From positions 4,358,011 to 4,422,010 of the forward strand of contig OZ220750.1 of NCBI GenBank assembly GCA_965117055.1: a stretch of DNA of 64,000 nt, in the 5' to 3' direction. A program made the translations under genes and the position numbers. This document shows, one piece after another, positions 43,366-51,534 of the stretch. Position 1 is the first letter of the stretch, and the number at the start of each line of letters is the position of its first letter. The notes under the pieces are model-generated. The model saw only the letters and a list, made by a program, of their open reading frames with translations. It ran no database searches and was not told where the DNA came from. Origin of the DNA: Alphaproteobacteria bacterium. GTDB lineage: Bacteria > Pseudomonadota > Alphaproteobacteria > MPNO01.

Positions 43366-44001
43366 ATGGCAAGCGAAGCACGACCCGAAGCCCCGGATCG
43401 CGGTCCGGGGCAAGCCCCCATTGCCGACGAGAACATCGGCCCCACCCCCGAGACCGCCGCCAGGCTGCGGCGCGACCTCGTCGCCCGGCTGGCGCAAGAG
43501 GGCCGGCTCGGCCGCGAGCAGGTCCGCGCGGCGCTCGAGGTGCGCCGCGTCTGGGAGGCGTTCGGGCGCGGCCTGTTCCCCGGCGCGCGCGCGATCGCGC
43601 CGGTCGGCCAGCGCACGAGGCGCGCCATGTTCGTCGACCCGATCGACCGCCTCACGGTCGAGGAGGAGCGCGCCTGGCGGCTCCGCTACCGGCCCTGGGC
43701 GCGCGAGATGGCGGTCACCGTCGCGGCCGGCGCGATCCGCACCACCCGGCTCCAGCTGATCCTCGACGTGGTGGTCGACAATCACGGGCTGCGCGAGGTC
43801 GAGGGCTGGTACCGCATGCGCCACGGCGGCGCCATCGAGCACATCCGCGCCGCGCTCCACCGCTACGCCGAGATCGCCGGCTGGGTCGATGAACCGTACC
43901 CCGAGACGCGGAAATCGGCGGCGATCCGCGTCAACCAGGACAACCGGATGGGGCAAGAAACGCCCGGAGATCCGGACGAAGACGAAAAAGATTACCTGTG
44001 A
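43366..44001 (+). CDS. Hypothetical phage protein (candidate late regulator by position)
   Basis: 211-aa ORF with GGAGAG SD; last gene before the promoter-terminator cassettes and terminase genes. Confidence 0.5.
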   Translation: MASEARPEAPDRGPGQAPIADENIGPTPETAARLRRDLVARLAQEGRLGREQVRAALEVRRVWEAFGRGLFPGARAIAPVGQRTRRAMFVDPIDRLTVEEERAWRLRYRPWAREMAVTVAAGAIRTTRLQLILDVVVDNHGLREVEGWYRMRHGGAIEHIRAALHRYAEIAGWVDEPYPETRKSAAIRVNQDNRMGQETPGDPDEDEKDYL

Positions 44002-44010
44002 AGAAATTTG

Positions 44011-44090
44011 TTGCTTGACCCGGGACGCGATCGACCCCATATTTCCTATACTACGCGAAGTGGGGGCGCCGGAGACCGGCGCCCCTTTTT
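44011..44090 (+). promoter_or_regulatory. Promoter-plus-terminator cassette A
   Basis: CTTGACC-N17-CATATT (44015-44043), then perfect 10-bp GC hairpin GGGGCGCCGG-aga-CCGGCGCCCC plus T5 (44063-44090). Confidence 0.5.
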
Positions 44091-44100
44091 CGTCCCAAGC

Positions 44101-44205
44101 CCTCCCCCGGCCCCTCCCGCAAGCGGGAGGGGAGAAGGTAGAGAAGAGCCGGCGCCGCGAGTCTCCCTCTCCCCCAGCGGGGGAGAGGGCCGGGGTGAGG
44201 GGCGG
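44101..44205. repeat. Composite REP, families 5 and 4 (inverted orientation)
   Basis: CCTCCCCCGGCCCCTCCCGCAAGCGGGAGGGGAGAAG ... CTCTCCCCCAGCGGGGGAGAGGGCCGGGGTGAGGGG. Confidence 0.85.
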
Positions 44206-44330
44206 GCCGAAATAGCGCATGGAACGGATTCGGGGGTCCAGAGGCGGATTTTGGGGTGGAATCGGAAGGGAGAAAAAGGACCTTGATTTCAAGGGTTTAG
44301 AGACCAAATTATCCTTAACAAGCATTTTTT

Positions 44331-44416
44331 CTTGACTCGGGACGCGTTTTGGGGTAAATTCCCTACACTACGCGAAATGGGGGAGAGGGGCGCCGGAGGG
44401 TTCGGCGCCCCTTTCT
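44331..44416 (+). promoter_or_regulatory. Promoter-plus-terminator cassette B
   Basis: CTTGACT-N17-TAAATT (44331-44360), then hairpin GGGGCGCCG-gagggtt-CGGCGCCCC plus TTTCT (44387-44416). Confidence 0.5.
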
Positions 44417-44458
44417 CGTCCCGGGCGGTGTGGGGGTTCTCCGGCACCTTACCCCTTT

Positions 44459-44573
44459 GTCGTCATGGCCGGACTTGTTCCGGCCATCCACGTCTTGCAG
44501 CACCTCGGTGCGGGCCGGGAGCGGGCGAGGCGGCGGAGGGACGTGGATGCCCGGAACAAGTCCGGGCATGACG
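44459..44573. repeat. REPIN doublet, family 1
   Basis: GTCGTCATGGCCGGACTTGTTCCGGCCATCCACGTC ... GACGTGGATGCCCGGAACAAGTCCGGGCATGACGG; homologous to 5493-5606. Confidence 0.85.
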
Positions 44574-44630
44574 GGGAGGGGATTCGGGCCGGAACGATTC
44601 CGGCCTGCTCGGTTCACGACGACCCGATCC

Positions 44631-44733
44631 ACCCTCCCCCGGCCCCTCCCGCGAGCGGGAGGGGAGGAGTGGAGAGGAGTCGGCGCCACAACTCTCCCTC
44701 TCCCCGGCGGGGAGAGGGCCGGGGTGAGGGGCG
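44631..44733. repeat. Composite REP, families 5 and 4
   Basis: Same architecture as 44101-44205. Confidence 0.85.
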
Positions 44734-44860
44734 GGCCGGAATCGCACATGAGACGGATTCGGGGGTTCCGGGGCCGATTTCGGCCAGGAATCGGAAGGGA
44801 GAAAAAAGGCCGTTATTTCGGGGGGTTAGCGATTAATTTACTCTGAACACGTATTTTTTG

Positions 44861-44947
44861 CTTGACTCGGGACGCGTTTTGGGGTAAATTCCCTACACTA
44901 CGCGAAATGGGGGAGAGGGGCGCCGGAGGGTTCGGCGCCCTTTTTCG
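44861..44947 (+). promoter_or_regulatory. Promoter-plus-terminator cassette C (48 nt upstream of terS)
   Basis: Near-identical to cassette B over about 100 bp: CTTGACT-N17-TAAATT (44861-44890), hairpin 44917-44940 plus TTTTT. Confidence 0.5.
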
Positions 44948-44994
44948 TTGCCGGGCCGGACGCCCGGCCATCCGCAAGAGAAAGGGACAGGATC

Positions 44995-45405
44995 GTGCCA
45001 GGCCCATCGAAGGCCGAGGCGGCCATGCGCGCGGTCGCACGGAGAGACATCGCGCGGCGCATCGGACCGCCGCCCGGGCGCCCGCCGCCGATCGACGAGC
45101 AGAATGTCGCCGGGATCGCCGCGTTCGGCTGCACCCGCAAGGAGGCGGCGGCGTGGTTCGGGGTGCCGGCGGCCGAGTTCAGGGAGCGGCTCAAGGAACC
45201 CGCGCTCAAGGACGCCTGGGCGCAAGGCAGGGCGCGCGGGCGGGTGCTGATCCGCCAGACCCAGTTCCGGCTGGCCGAGAACAGCCCGCCGATGGCGCAG
45301 CATCTCGGCCGCACGATGCTGGGCCAGGACACGCCCGCCAGGGCGCCCGCGCGGAAGAAACCCGCGCGGATCGTCATCGACACGGGGATCGACCGTGGCG
45401 AGTAG
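44995..45405 (+). CDS. Terminase small subunit (HTH-type)
   Basis: 136 aa, GTG start; IAAFGCTRKEAAAWFGVPAAEF HTH; overlaps the terL start; position. Confidence 0.6.
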   Translation: MPGPSKAEAAMRAVARRDIARRIGPPPGRPPPIDEQNVAGIAAFGCTRKEAAAWFGVPAAEFRERLKEPALKDAWAQGRARGRVLIRQTQFRLAENSPPMAQHLGRTMLGQDTPARAPARKKPARIVIDTGIDRGE

Positions 45406-46714
45406 GGTCAGCACCGGCTACCGGCCGCGCCCGCTCCAGGCCGGCATCCACCGCCGCCTCAAGCGCTTCAGCGTGCTGGTCTGCCACCGCCGCTTCGGCA
45501 AGACGGTGCTCTGCGTCAACGAGCTCGTCGACCACGCGGTGCGCGCGACCCGCGGGAGCCCGCGCTACGCCTATATCGCGCCGCTCTACCGCCAGGCCAA
45601 GCAGGTCGCGTGGGACTACCTCAAGCACTACACGAAGGCGATCCCGGACCGGCGGGTGCACGAGACCGAGCTCCGCGTCGACCTCCCCAACGGGGCGCGC
45701 ATCCAGCTCTACGGCGCCGACAACCCGGATTCGCTGCGCGGCATCTATCTCGACGGGGTGGTGCTCGACGAGTACGCGCAGATGAGCCCGCATCTCTGGG
45801 GCGAGGTGATCCGCCCGGCGCTCGCCGACCGCGAGGGCTGGGCGGTCTTCATCGGCACGCCCAAGGGGCACAACGAATTCTGGCGCAAATACCGCGCGGC
45901 GTGCGCCGACCCCGACTGGTACGCGGCGCTGTTCCCGGCCTCCGAGACCCGCATCCTGCCGGAGCCTGAGCTCGAGGCCGCGCGCCGCGACATGACGCCG
46001 GAGCAGTACGCGCAGGAGTTCGAGTGCTCCTTCGAGGCGGCGATCCGGGGCGCCTATTACGGCAAGGCGATGGCGGAAGCCCAGCGTACCGGGCGCATCC
46101 GCGCGGTGCCGCACGACCCGGCGCTGCCGGTCGACACCGCCTGGGACCTCGGGGTGGGCGATCCGACGGCGATCTGGTTCGTCCAGCTCGCCGGGCCCGA
46201 GATCCACCTGCTCGACTACTACGAGGCGGCGGGCGAGGGGCTCGACCACTATGCGCGGATACTCCAGGCCAAGGCGGCCGAGCGCGGCTGGGTCTATGGC
46301 AGCCACTACGCGCCGCACGACGCGCTGGCGCGCGAGCTCGGCACCGGGCGGACGCGCGAGGAGCAGGCGCGCCGCCTCGGGGTCGCGCTCACCGTGGTGC
46401 CGCGCCACGGGATCGAGGACGGCATCAACGCGGCGCGCGCGATCCTGCCGCGCTGCTGGTTCGACGCGGCGCGCACCGAGCCCGGCATCGAATGCCTGCG
46501 CCAGTACCGCGCCAAGGTCGACGGCGCGACGGGCACGATCGGCGATGCGCCGGTGCACGACCAGTTCAGCCACGGGGCGGACGCCTTCCGCTACCTCGCG
46601 ATGGGCGTGCGCGACCGCTTCGCCCCGCCCCCGCCGCGCGGCGGGGACACGATCGACGACCATCTGCGCCGCCATTTCGCGGCCAGGCGCAGCGCCCGCG
46701 ACGGGCTGATCTGA
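45395..46714 (+). CDS. Terminase large subunit
   Basis: 439 aa; Walker A-like CHRRFGKTV, Walker B VVLDEY, nuclease half with DLGVGDPTAIW and HGADAFRY. Confidence 0.9.
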   Translation: MASRVSTGYRPRPLQAGIHRRLKRFSVLVCHRRFGKTVLCVNELVDHAVRATRGSPRYAYIAPLYRQAKQVAWDYLKHYTKAIPDRRVHETELRVDLPNGARIQLYGADNPDSLRGIYLDGVVLDEYAQMSPHLWGEVIRPALADREGWAVFIGTPKGHNEFWRKYRAACADPDWYAALFPASETRILPEPELEAARRDMTPEQYAQEFECSFEAAIRGAYYGKAMAEAQRTGRIRAVPHDPALPVDTAWDLGVGDPTAIWFVQLAGPEIHLLDYYEAAGEGLDHYARILQAKAAERGWVYGSHYAPHDALARELGTGRTREEQARRLGVALTVVPRHGIEDGINAARAILPRCWFDAARTEPGIECLRQYRAKVDGATGTIGDAPVHDQFSHGADAFRYLAMGVRDRFAPPPPRGGDTIDDHLRRHFAARRSARDGLI

Positions 46715-46726
46715 GGGCGGCGAGCG

Positions 46727-46828
46727 GCCCCCTCACCCCGGCCCTCTCCCCGCCGGGGAGAGGGAGAGTTGCGGGGCCGACTTCCCCTCTCTTCTCCCCT
46801 CCCTCTGGGAGGGGTCGGGGGAGGGTGC
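46727..46828. repeat. Composite REP, families 4 and 5
   Basis: CCCCCTCACCCCGGCCCTCTCCCCGCCGGGGAGAGGGAGAG ... CTTCTCCCCTCCCTCTGGGAGGGGTCGGGGGAGGGTG. Confidence 0.85.
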
Positions 46829-46860
46829 CGGCCACGACGACGAACGAACAGGAGAACCGG

Positions 46861-48591
46861 ATGAAAACCGACACCGACAGCGCCGGACCCGACGAAACCG
46901 TCCGCTACTGGCGCGGCGAGCTGGAGCGGGCGGAGCGCGCCGAGCGCGACTGGATGCGGCGCGCGGAGAAGACCGTCGAGCGCTACCGCGCCGAGAAGCG
47001 CGTCGACGGCCAGCGCCGCTTCAACATCCTCTGGGCCAATACCGAGCTCCTCAAGCCCGCGGTCTATTCGCGGACGCCCGCGCCCGACGTGCGGCGGCGC
47101 TGGCTCGACGACGACCCGGCGGGGCGCGAGGCGGCCTCGGCGCTCGAACGCGCGCTCTCCTATCTCATCGACGACGGCGGGTTCGACGCGGCGATGGAGG
47201 CGGTGCGCGACGACATGCTGCTGCCCGGCCGCGGCGTGGCCCGGATCGTCTACGAGCCGGTCATCGCGCGGCGGCCGCTCGCGCGGGCGGGCGAGGTCTT
47301 CCTGCTCGACGGGCGGCCGGCGGAGCCCGACGGGTTCGACGGCGAGACCCCGTATGTCGAGGAGATCGTCGACGAGCGCGTCTTCTGCCGGCACGTGTTC
47401 TGGAAGGACTACCGCGAGCAGCCGGCGCGGTGCTGGGACGAGGTCGGCTGGATCGCCTTCCGCCACTCGCTGACCCGGGCCGAGCTGGTCGAGCGGTTCG
47501 GCGCGGCGGGAAGGCGGATCCCGCTCGAAGGCACCGTGAGCGCCTACGATGGACGCGGCGGGGAAGGCGCCGCGCCCGAGGACGCGAGGCGCGCCGTGGT
47601 CTGGGAGATCTGGGACAAGGCGAAGCGCCGCCGCGTGGTGATCGCGGACGGCTTCGACCGCGCGGTGGAGGAGACCGGCGACCCGCTCGGCCTCGCCGGC
47701 TTCTTCCCCATCCCGGAGCCGCTCTACGCCGTGAAGACCTCGGATTCGCGCATTCCCATCCCCGAGTTCACCCTCTACCAGGACCAGGCGCTGGAGCTCG
47801 ACGAGCTCACCACCCGCAAGCGGCATTTGATCGCGGCGCTCAAGGCGCGCGGCGTCTATGCCGGGGTGCTGGGCGAGATCGAGCGGCTGCTGACCGAGGC
47901 CGGCGAGAACGAGATGATCCCGGTCAAGGACTGGGACCGGTTCCGCGACAAGGGCGGGCTCGCCGCCGCCATCGAGTGGCTGCCGATCGAGCGCATCGCC
48001 CAGGTGATCGTCTCGCTGAACGGCCACATCGCCCAGCTCAAGGGCGAGATCTTCGAGATCACCGGGCTGTCGGACATCCTGCGCGGCTCGACCCGGGCGA
48101 GCGAGACCGCCACCGCGCAGCGGCTCAAGGGCTCGTTCGGCGCGCTCCGGATGCAGCCCCGCCAGCGCCCGATGGAGCGCTTCGTGCGCGACGTGCTCCG
48201 CCTCAAGGCGGAGGTGATCGCCGAGCATTTCCGCCCCGAGACGCTGGCCCGGATGACCGGCAGGCCGGTGCCGCCGGCGGTTCTCGCGCTGCTCCGCGAC
48301 GAGCGGCTGCGCGGCTTCCGGATCGACGTCGAGACCGAATCGACGGTCCAGCCCGACGCCGAGGCCGAGCGCCGCAACGCGGTCGAGTTCCTCGCCGCCT
48401 CGACGCAGTTCTTCACCGGGATCGCGCCGCTGATCGCCGCCGCGCCGCAATCGGCGCCGATGTTCCTCGAGATGTTCCGCACCGCCGCGCGCAGCTTCAA
48501 GCCGGGACGGCGGCTGGAGGAGGTCATCGCCCGGACGAGCGAGGCGCTGATCCGCGAGGCCGAGGCGGAAAGCGGCGGGAGGACGCCATGA
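46861..48591 (+). CDS. Portal protein (podovirus head-to-tail connector type)
   Basis: 576 aa; FNILWANTELLKPAVYSRTPAPDVRRR N-terminal block; position after terL. Confidence 0.8.
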   Translation: MKTDTDSAGPDETVRYWRGELERAERAERDWMRRAEKTVERYRAEKRVDGQRRFNILWANTELLKPAVYSRTPAPDVRRRWLDDDPAGREAASALERALSYLIDDGGFDAAMEAVRDDMLLPGRGVARIVYEPVIARRPLARAGEVFLLDGRPAEPDGFDGETPYVEEIVDERVFCRHVFWKDYREQPARCWDEVGWIAFRHSLTRAELVERFGAAGRRIPLEGTVSAYDGRGGEGAAPEDARRAVVWEIWDKAKRRRVVIADGFDRAVEETGDPLGLAGFFPIPEPLYAVKTSDSRIPIPEFTLYQDQALELDELTTRKRHLIAALKARGVYAGVLGEIERLLTEAGENEMIPVKDWDRFRDKGGLAAAIEWLPIERIAQVIVSLNGHIAQLKGEIFEITGLSDILRGSTRASETATAQRLKGSFGALRMQPRQRPMERFVRDVLRLKAEVIAEHFRPETLARMTGRPVPPAVLALLRDERLRGFRIDVETESTVQPDAEAERRNAVEFLAASTQFFTGIAPLIAAAPQSAPMFLEMFRTAARSFKPGRRLEEVIARTSEALIREAEAESGGRTP

Positions 48592-48812
48592 CGCGCTACG
48601 TCTGGAGCCGGGAAGAGGGCCGCTGGGTGCCCGCGGGGACCGCGCCGCCACGCCTGCAGATCGTCAACCGCGACGCGCCGTTCGCCGAGGGCGTGAGGAG
48701 CATGGCCGACGGCAAACGCTACACCGCCCGCCGCGCCTGGGACGAGCACTTGCGCGCGCACGGCATGGTCGAGATCGGCAACGACGCGGTGGAGCGACCC
48801 CCCTCACCCTGA
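48588..48812 (+). CDS. Small hypothetical phage protein
   Basis: 74 aa; ATGA coupling to portal; last codons run into a REP element. Confidence 0.4.
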   Translation: MTRYVWSREEGRWVPAGTAPPRLQIVNRDAPFAEGVRSMADGKRYTARRAWDEHLRAHGMVEIGNDAVERPPSP

Positions 48813-48900
48813 CCCTCTCCCCCGCTGGGGGAGAGGGGATTCGCCTGCCCATCCCGCCTCTTCTTCTCCCCTCCCGCTTGCGGGAGGGGCCGGGGGAGGG
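48798..48900. repeat. Composite REP, families 4 and 5
   Basis: CCCCCCTCACCCTGACCCTCTCCCCCGCTGGGGGAGAGGGG ... CTTCTCCCCTCCCGCTTGCGGGAGGGGCCGGGGGAGGG. Confidence 0.85.
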
Positions 48901-48922
48901 CGGACCGAACGGAGACAAAGAC

Positions 48923-49336
48923 ATGCCCATCCTCGAAACCCTGTTCGGCAGCCGCGCGGCGCAGCCCATCGAGGCGGTCGGGCGCGTCATCGACGACCTG
49001 TTCACCTCGGACGAGGAACGGCTCGGCAAGGAGGCGCTGCTGACCCGCCTCGCCCAGCGGCCGGCGCTCGCCCAGATCGAGGTCAACCGGATCGAGGCGC
49101 AGCATCGCTCGGTCTTCGTCGCCGGCTGGCGCCCGTTCATCGGCTGGATCTGCGGCGCCGCGCTCGCCTGGAACTTCATCCTGCGCGACGCCCTGGTCTG
49201 GGCCTTCGCGGTATGGGCGCCGGGCACCCCGGTGCCGGCGGCCTTCCAGCTCGAACACCTGCTGACGGTGCTCCTCAGCCTCCTCGGCCTCGGCGGCCTG
49301 CGCACCTTCGAGAAGTTCGGGGGGCGGACGAAGTGA
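48923..49336 (+). CDS. 3TM holin-like protein (GTA-release holin family, DUF3154-like)
   Basis: 137 aa; QIEVNRIEAQHRSVFVAGWRPFIGWICGAALAWNF followed by further TM segments. Confidence 0.6.
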   Translation: MPILETLFGSRAAQPIEAVGRVIDDLFTSDEERLGKEALLTRLAQRPALAQIEVNRIEAQHRSVFVAGWRPFIGWICGAALAWNFILRDALVWAFAVWAPGTPVPAAFQLEHLLTVLLSLLGLGGLRTFEKFGGRTK

Positions 49337-49404
49337 CTGTCGCTCCTTGACCTGTCCCACCAACCGTTTACGGTTGCGCCGTCGAACCTTGCAGGGAGGC
49401 CGCC

Positions 49405-49728
49405 ATGACGGGAGATGCGCGGCGACCGAACGCTTTGCGCTTCGTGATCTTCGAGGAAGAGGGTGCATGGGTCGCGATGTGCCTGGAACGCTACATCGGT
49501 ACGCAGGGCCGCACGAAGGAAGAGGCCATCGACGGCCTGAAGATCGTCTACCGTGCCGAGCTCGACGAGTCCGTGGCCCGCACCGGCGAGCCGTTCGGCG
49601 GCATTCGGCGAGCACCGAAGAAATTCTGGGAGATGCACGAGTCGGACGATCCGTCGATCCTTCGCGGCCGCATATGCGACGACGGGGTCGGCGCGGGAAT
49701 GGGAGAGCGGCTTGAAATCGCGGCGTAG
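49405..49728 (+). CDS. HicB-fold-like small protein
   Basis: 107 aa; ALRFVIFEEEGAWVAMCLERYIGTQGRTKEEAIDGLKIVYRAEL fits the HicB N-domain pattern; weak. Confidence 0.4.
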   Translation: MTGDARRPNALRFVIFEEEGAWVAMCLERYIGTQGRTKEEAIDGLKIVYRAELDESVARTGEPFGGIRRAPKKFWEMHESDDPSILRGRICDDGVGAGMGERLEIAA

Positions 49729-49730
49729 GC

Positions 49731-50015
49731 ATGATCGCGGAACGCACTCCCCCGGGCCCTGCCTTTGACGACTACTGCAAATGGCTTACGGAAGAGGGCG
49801 GCAGCGTCCGGCACCGACAGAACCGATGGGGCGGCTACGCTGTGCTGCACTCGCCGGATGGCACCCTTTGCGTCGTGATCCCGAAGACGGCCATGAACGA
49901 GATGCTGGTCTCGGAGTTGATCGAGTATCTCGATACCCGGCTCGGACTGGTCTCGCCGTGGCGGAGGCATCCACCGATGCCCCAGGGGGATGCCGATGAC
50001 GACCCCGAAGCCTGA
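49731..50015 (+). CDS. Hypothetical small protein (possible HicA-like partner)
   Basis: 94-aa ORF starting 3 nt after the previous stop; pattern W...GG....H.......GGYAVLHSPDGTLCVVIPK only loosely HicA-like. Confidence 0.35.
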   Translation: MIAERTPPGPAFDDYCKWLTEEGGSVRHRQNRWGGYAVLHSPDGTLCVVIPKTAMNEMLVSELIEYLDTRLGLVSPWRRHPPMPQGDADDDPEA

Positions 50016-50084
50016 CAAGGACCGCTTCATCGAGATGACGCGGGATCTGGACCGCGACGAAGATCCGGCAAACCGGAGGGACCC

Positions 50085-50363
50085 ATGAAATACGTATTGC
50101 TCGGCAAGCAGAGCGGCGAGTGGCTCGGCAGGCACGACCGGCGCAACCGGCTCGCCCGCGCCAAGGCCAAGGAGCTCGGGATCAAGATCCAGTCGGTGCT
50201 CTACACCCAGGGCGAATACGACTTCGTCGACACGGTCGAGGCGCCCTCGCCCGAGGCGATGCTCAAGTTCTCGGTGTGGTACGCCAAGCAGGGCTTCGGC
50301 TCCTTCCAGAGCATGCCCGCCTTCGACGGCAAGACCATGGCCGAGGCGTCGAAGGAGGAGTAG
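50085..50363 (+). CDS. GYD-domain protein
   Basis: 92 aa; MKYVLLGK...YTQGEYDFVDTVEAPSPEAMLKFSVWYAKQG matches the GYD family. Confidence 0.7.
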   Translation: MKYVLLGKQSGEWLGRHDRRNRLARAKAKELGIKIQSVLYTQGEYDFVDTVEAPSPEAMLKFSVWYAKQGFGSFQSMPAFDGKTMAEASKEE

Positions 50364-50376
50364 CGGGGCGCCCCAA

Positions 50377-50512
50377 CTGTCACCCCGGACTTGATCCGGG
50401 GTCCAGGCCCCGGACTGGGATCCGGGGCAGGCCTGCCCCGGACCGCGATCCGGGGAAGCCCGGCGAGGCGGAGCGTGTGGCTCTGGACCCCGGCTCAAGG
50501 CCGGGGTGACAA
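50377..50512. repeat. REP cluster, family 3 (four CCCCGGA-N5-TCCGGGG hairpins)
   Basis: Outer arms TGTCACCCCGGACTTGATCCGGGGTCCAG (50378-50406) and CTGGACCCCGGCTCAAGGCCGGGGTGACA (50483-50511). Confidence 0.9.
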
Positions 50513-50532
50513 TCGAGGCGGTTCGGAAGGCC

Positions 50533-50823
50533 ATGCGGACCTACTGGGTCTACATCCTCGCGAGCGGGCGCAACGGCACGCTCTATGTGGGCGTGACCAA
50601 CGACATCGTCCGGCGGGTCGCGCAGCATCGGGACGGCACGGGTGCGTCCTTCACCCGCAAATACAAGGTGACACGGCTCGTGCACGTGCAGCCGTTCGAG
50701 GATATCGAGTACGCCATCGCGCAGGAGAAGCGGCTGAAGAATTGGCGGCGGGAATGGAAGCTCACGTTGATCGAACGGGAGAATCCGGAGTGGCGGGACT
50801 TGTACGAAGACATCACCGCCTGA
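50533..50823 (+). CDS. Small GIY-YIG nuclease-family protein (copy 1)
   Basis: YWVYILASGRNGTLYVGVTNDIVRRVAQHR ... EKRLKNWRREWK; the ORF can also start at GTG 50506, inside the REP arm. Confidence 0.8.
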   Translation: MRTYWVYILASGRNGTLYVGVTNDIVRRVAQHRDGTGASFTRKYKVTRLVHVQPFEDIEYAIAQEKRLKNWRREWKLTLIERENPEWRDLYEDITA

Positions 50824-50847
50824 TGCCGCCCCCCTGACCGCACAGAC

Positions 50848-50934
50848 TGTCACCCCGGACTTGATCCGGGGTCCAGGGAAACAGGCAAGAACGATGCCCG
50901 CCGCTCTGGACCCCGGATCAAGTCCGGGGTGACA
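50848..50934. repeat. REPIN doublet, family 3
   Basis: 29-mer 50848-50876 and its exact reverse complement 50906-50934. Confidence 0.9.
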
Positions 50935-50979
50935 TCGGGGGTGCAGGAGGTTGCGGCACCCCTTTGGAGGCTGAACGAG

Positions 50980-51435
50980 ATGACCGAGGTCGCGAAACGG
51001 CGCATGCGGTACGGGTACACCGAGTGCGGCCTGGATAACGTATTTATCGAGGGGATCGAGATGCGCGGCGATGAGGTGCTGTACATCCCGGCGGTCAACG
51101 AACTGCACAAGACGATCGCCCGGGGCATCGTCGAGAGCGGAACGGGCATCAGCGGGCAGGAGCTCAGGTTCCTGCGGACGATGATGGCGTTCACCCAAGC
51201 GGAGCTGGCAAGGCACGTCCACCACGACGCCCAGTCGATCGCGCGATGGGAAAAAAACCAGACGCCGATCCAGCCGGCATCCGAGATCGTCATCCGCCTG
51301 CTGGCCGTCGAGAAACTGAACCTCGGCGAGCGCGGTCCGATCGAGAAAATCGCCGCCAGATGCGTGCCGGCCGAAACCCGCGCGGACATCGTGATCGACG
51401 GAAGCGGCCCCCCGAGATACAGGCTCGCGGCCTGA
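50980..51435 (+). CDS. MqsA/YgiT-like XRE HTH regulator (orphan antitoxin-like)
   Basis: YGYTECGLDNVFIEG...ISGQELRFLRTMMAFTQAELARHVHHDAQSIARWEKN; no zinc-finger cysteines; no adjacent toxin. Confidence 0.6.
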   Translation: MTEVAKRRMRYGYTECGLDNVFIEGIEMRGDEVLYIPAVNELHKTIARGIVESGTGISGQELRFLRTMMAFTQAELARHVHHDAQSIARWEKNQTPIQPASEIVIRLLAVEKLNLGERGPIEKIAARCVPAETRADIVIDGSGPPRYRLAA

Positions 51436-51464
51436 TTTCGGGGCCATAATCGTCGAACTCTCCC

Positions 51465-51489
51465 ACGGCCCATCGGGGCCGTTTTTTTC
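51465..51489 (+). terminator. Intrinsic terminator
   Basis: ACGGCCC-atcg-GGGCCGT followed by TTTTTTC. Confidence 0.55.
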
Positions 51490-51534
51490 TGCCGCGTAAC
51501 GGGCAGAGTCACACACCAACCCCCCGGAGGAAAC

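Noticed and set aside
42837-44325. Minus-strand ORFs 42837..43655 and 42889..44325 as prophage early genes (for example an integrase)
   Set aside because: The translations are low-complexity Arg/Pro/Ala shadow frames opposite the SD-preceded plus-strand ORFs. No tyrosine- or serine-recombinase motifs are present.
44332-44749. ORFs 44332..44571 +, 44363..44749 - and similar ORFs 53472..54542 as small protein genes
   Set aside because: They lie entirely within REP elements or promoter-terminator cassettes. The same peptide-like strings recur wherever the repeat recurs, in both orientations.
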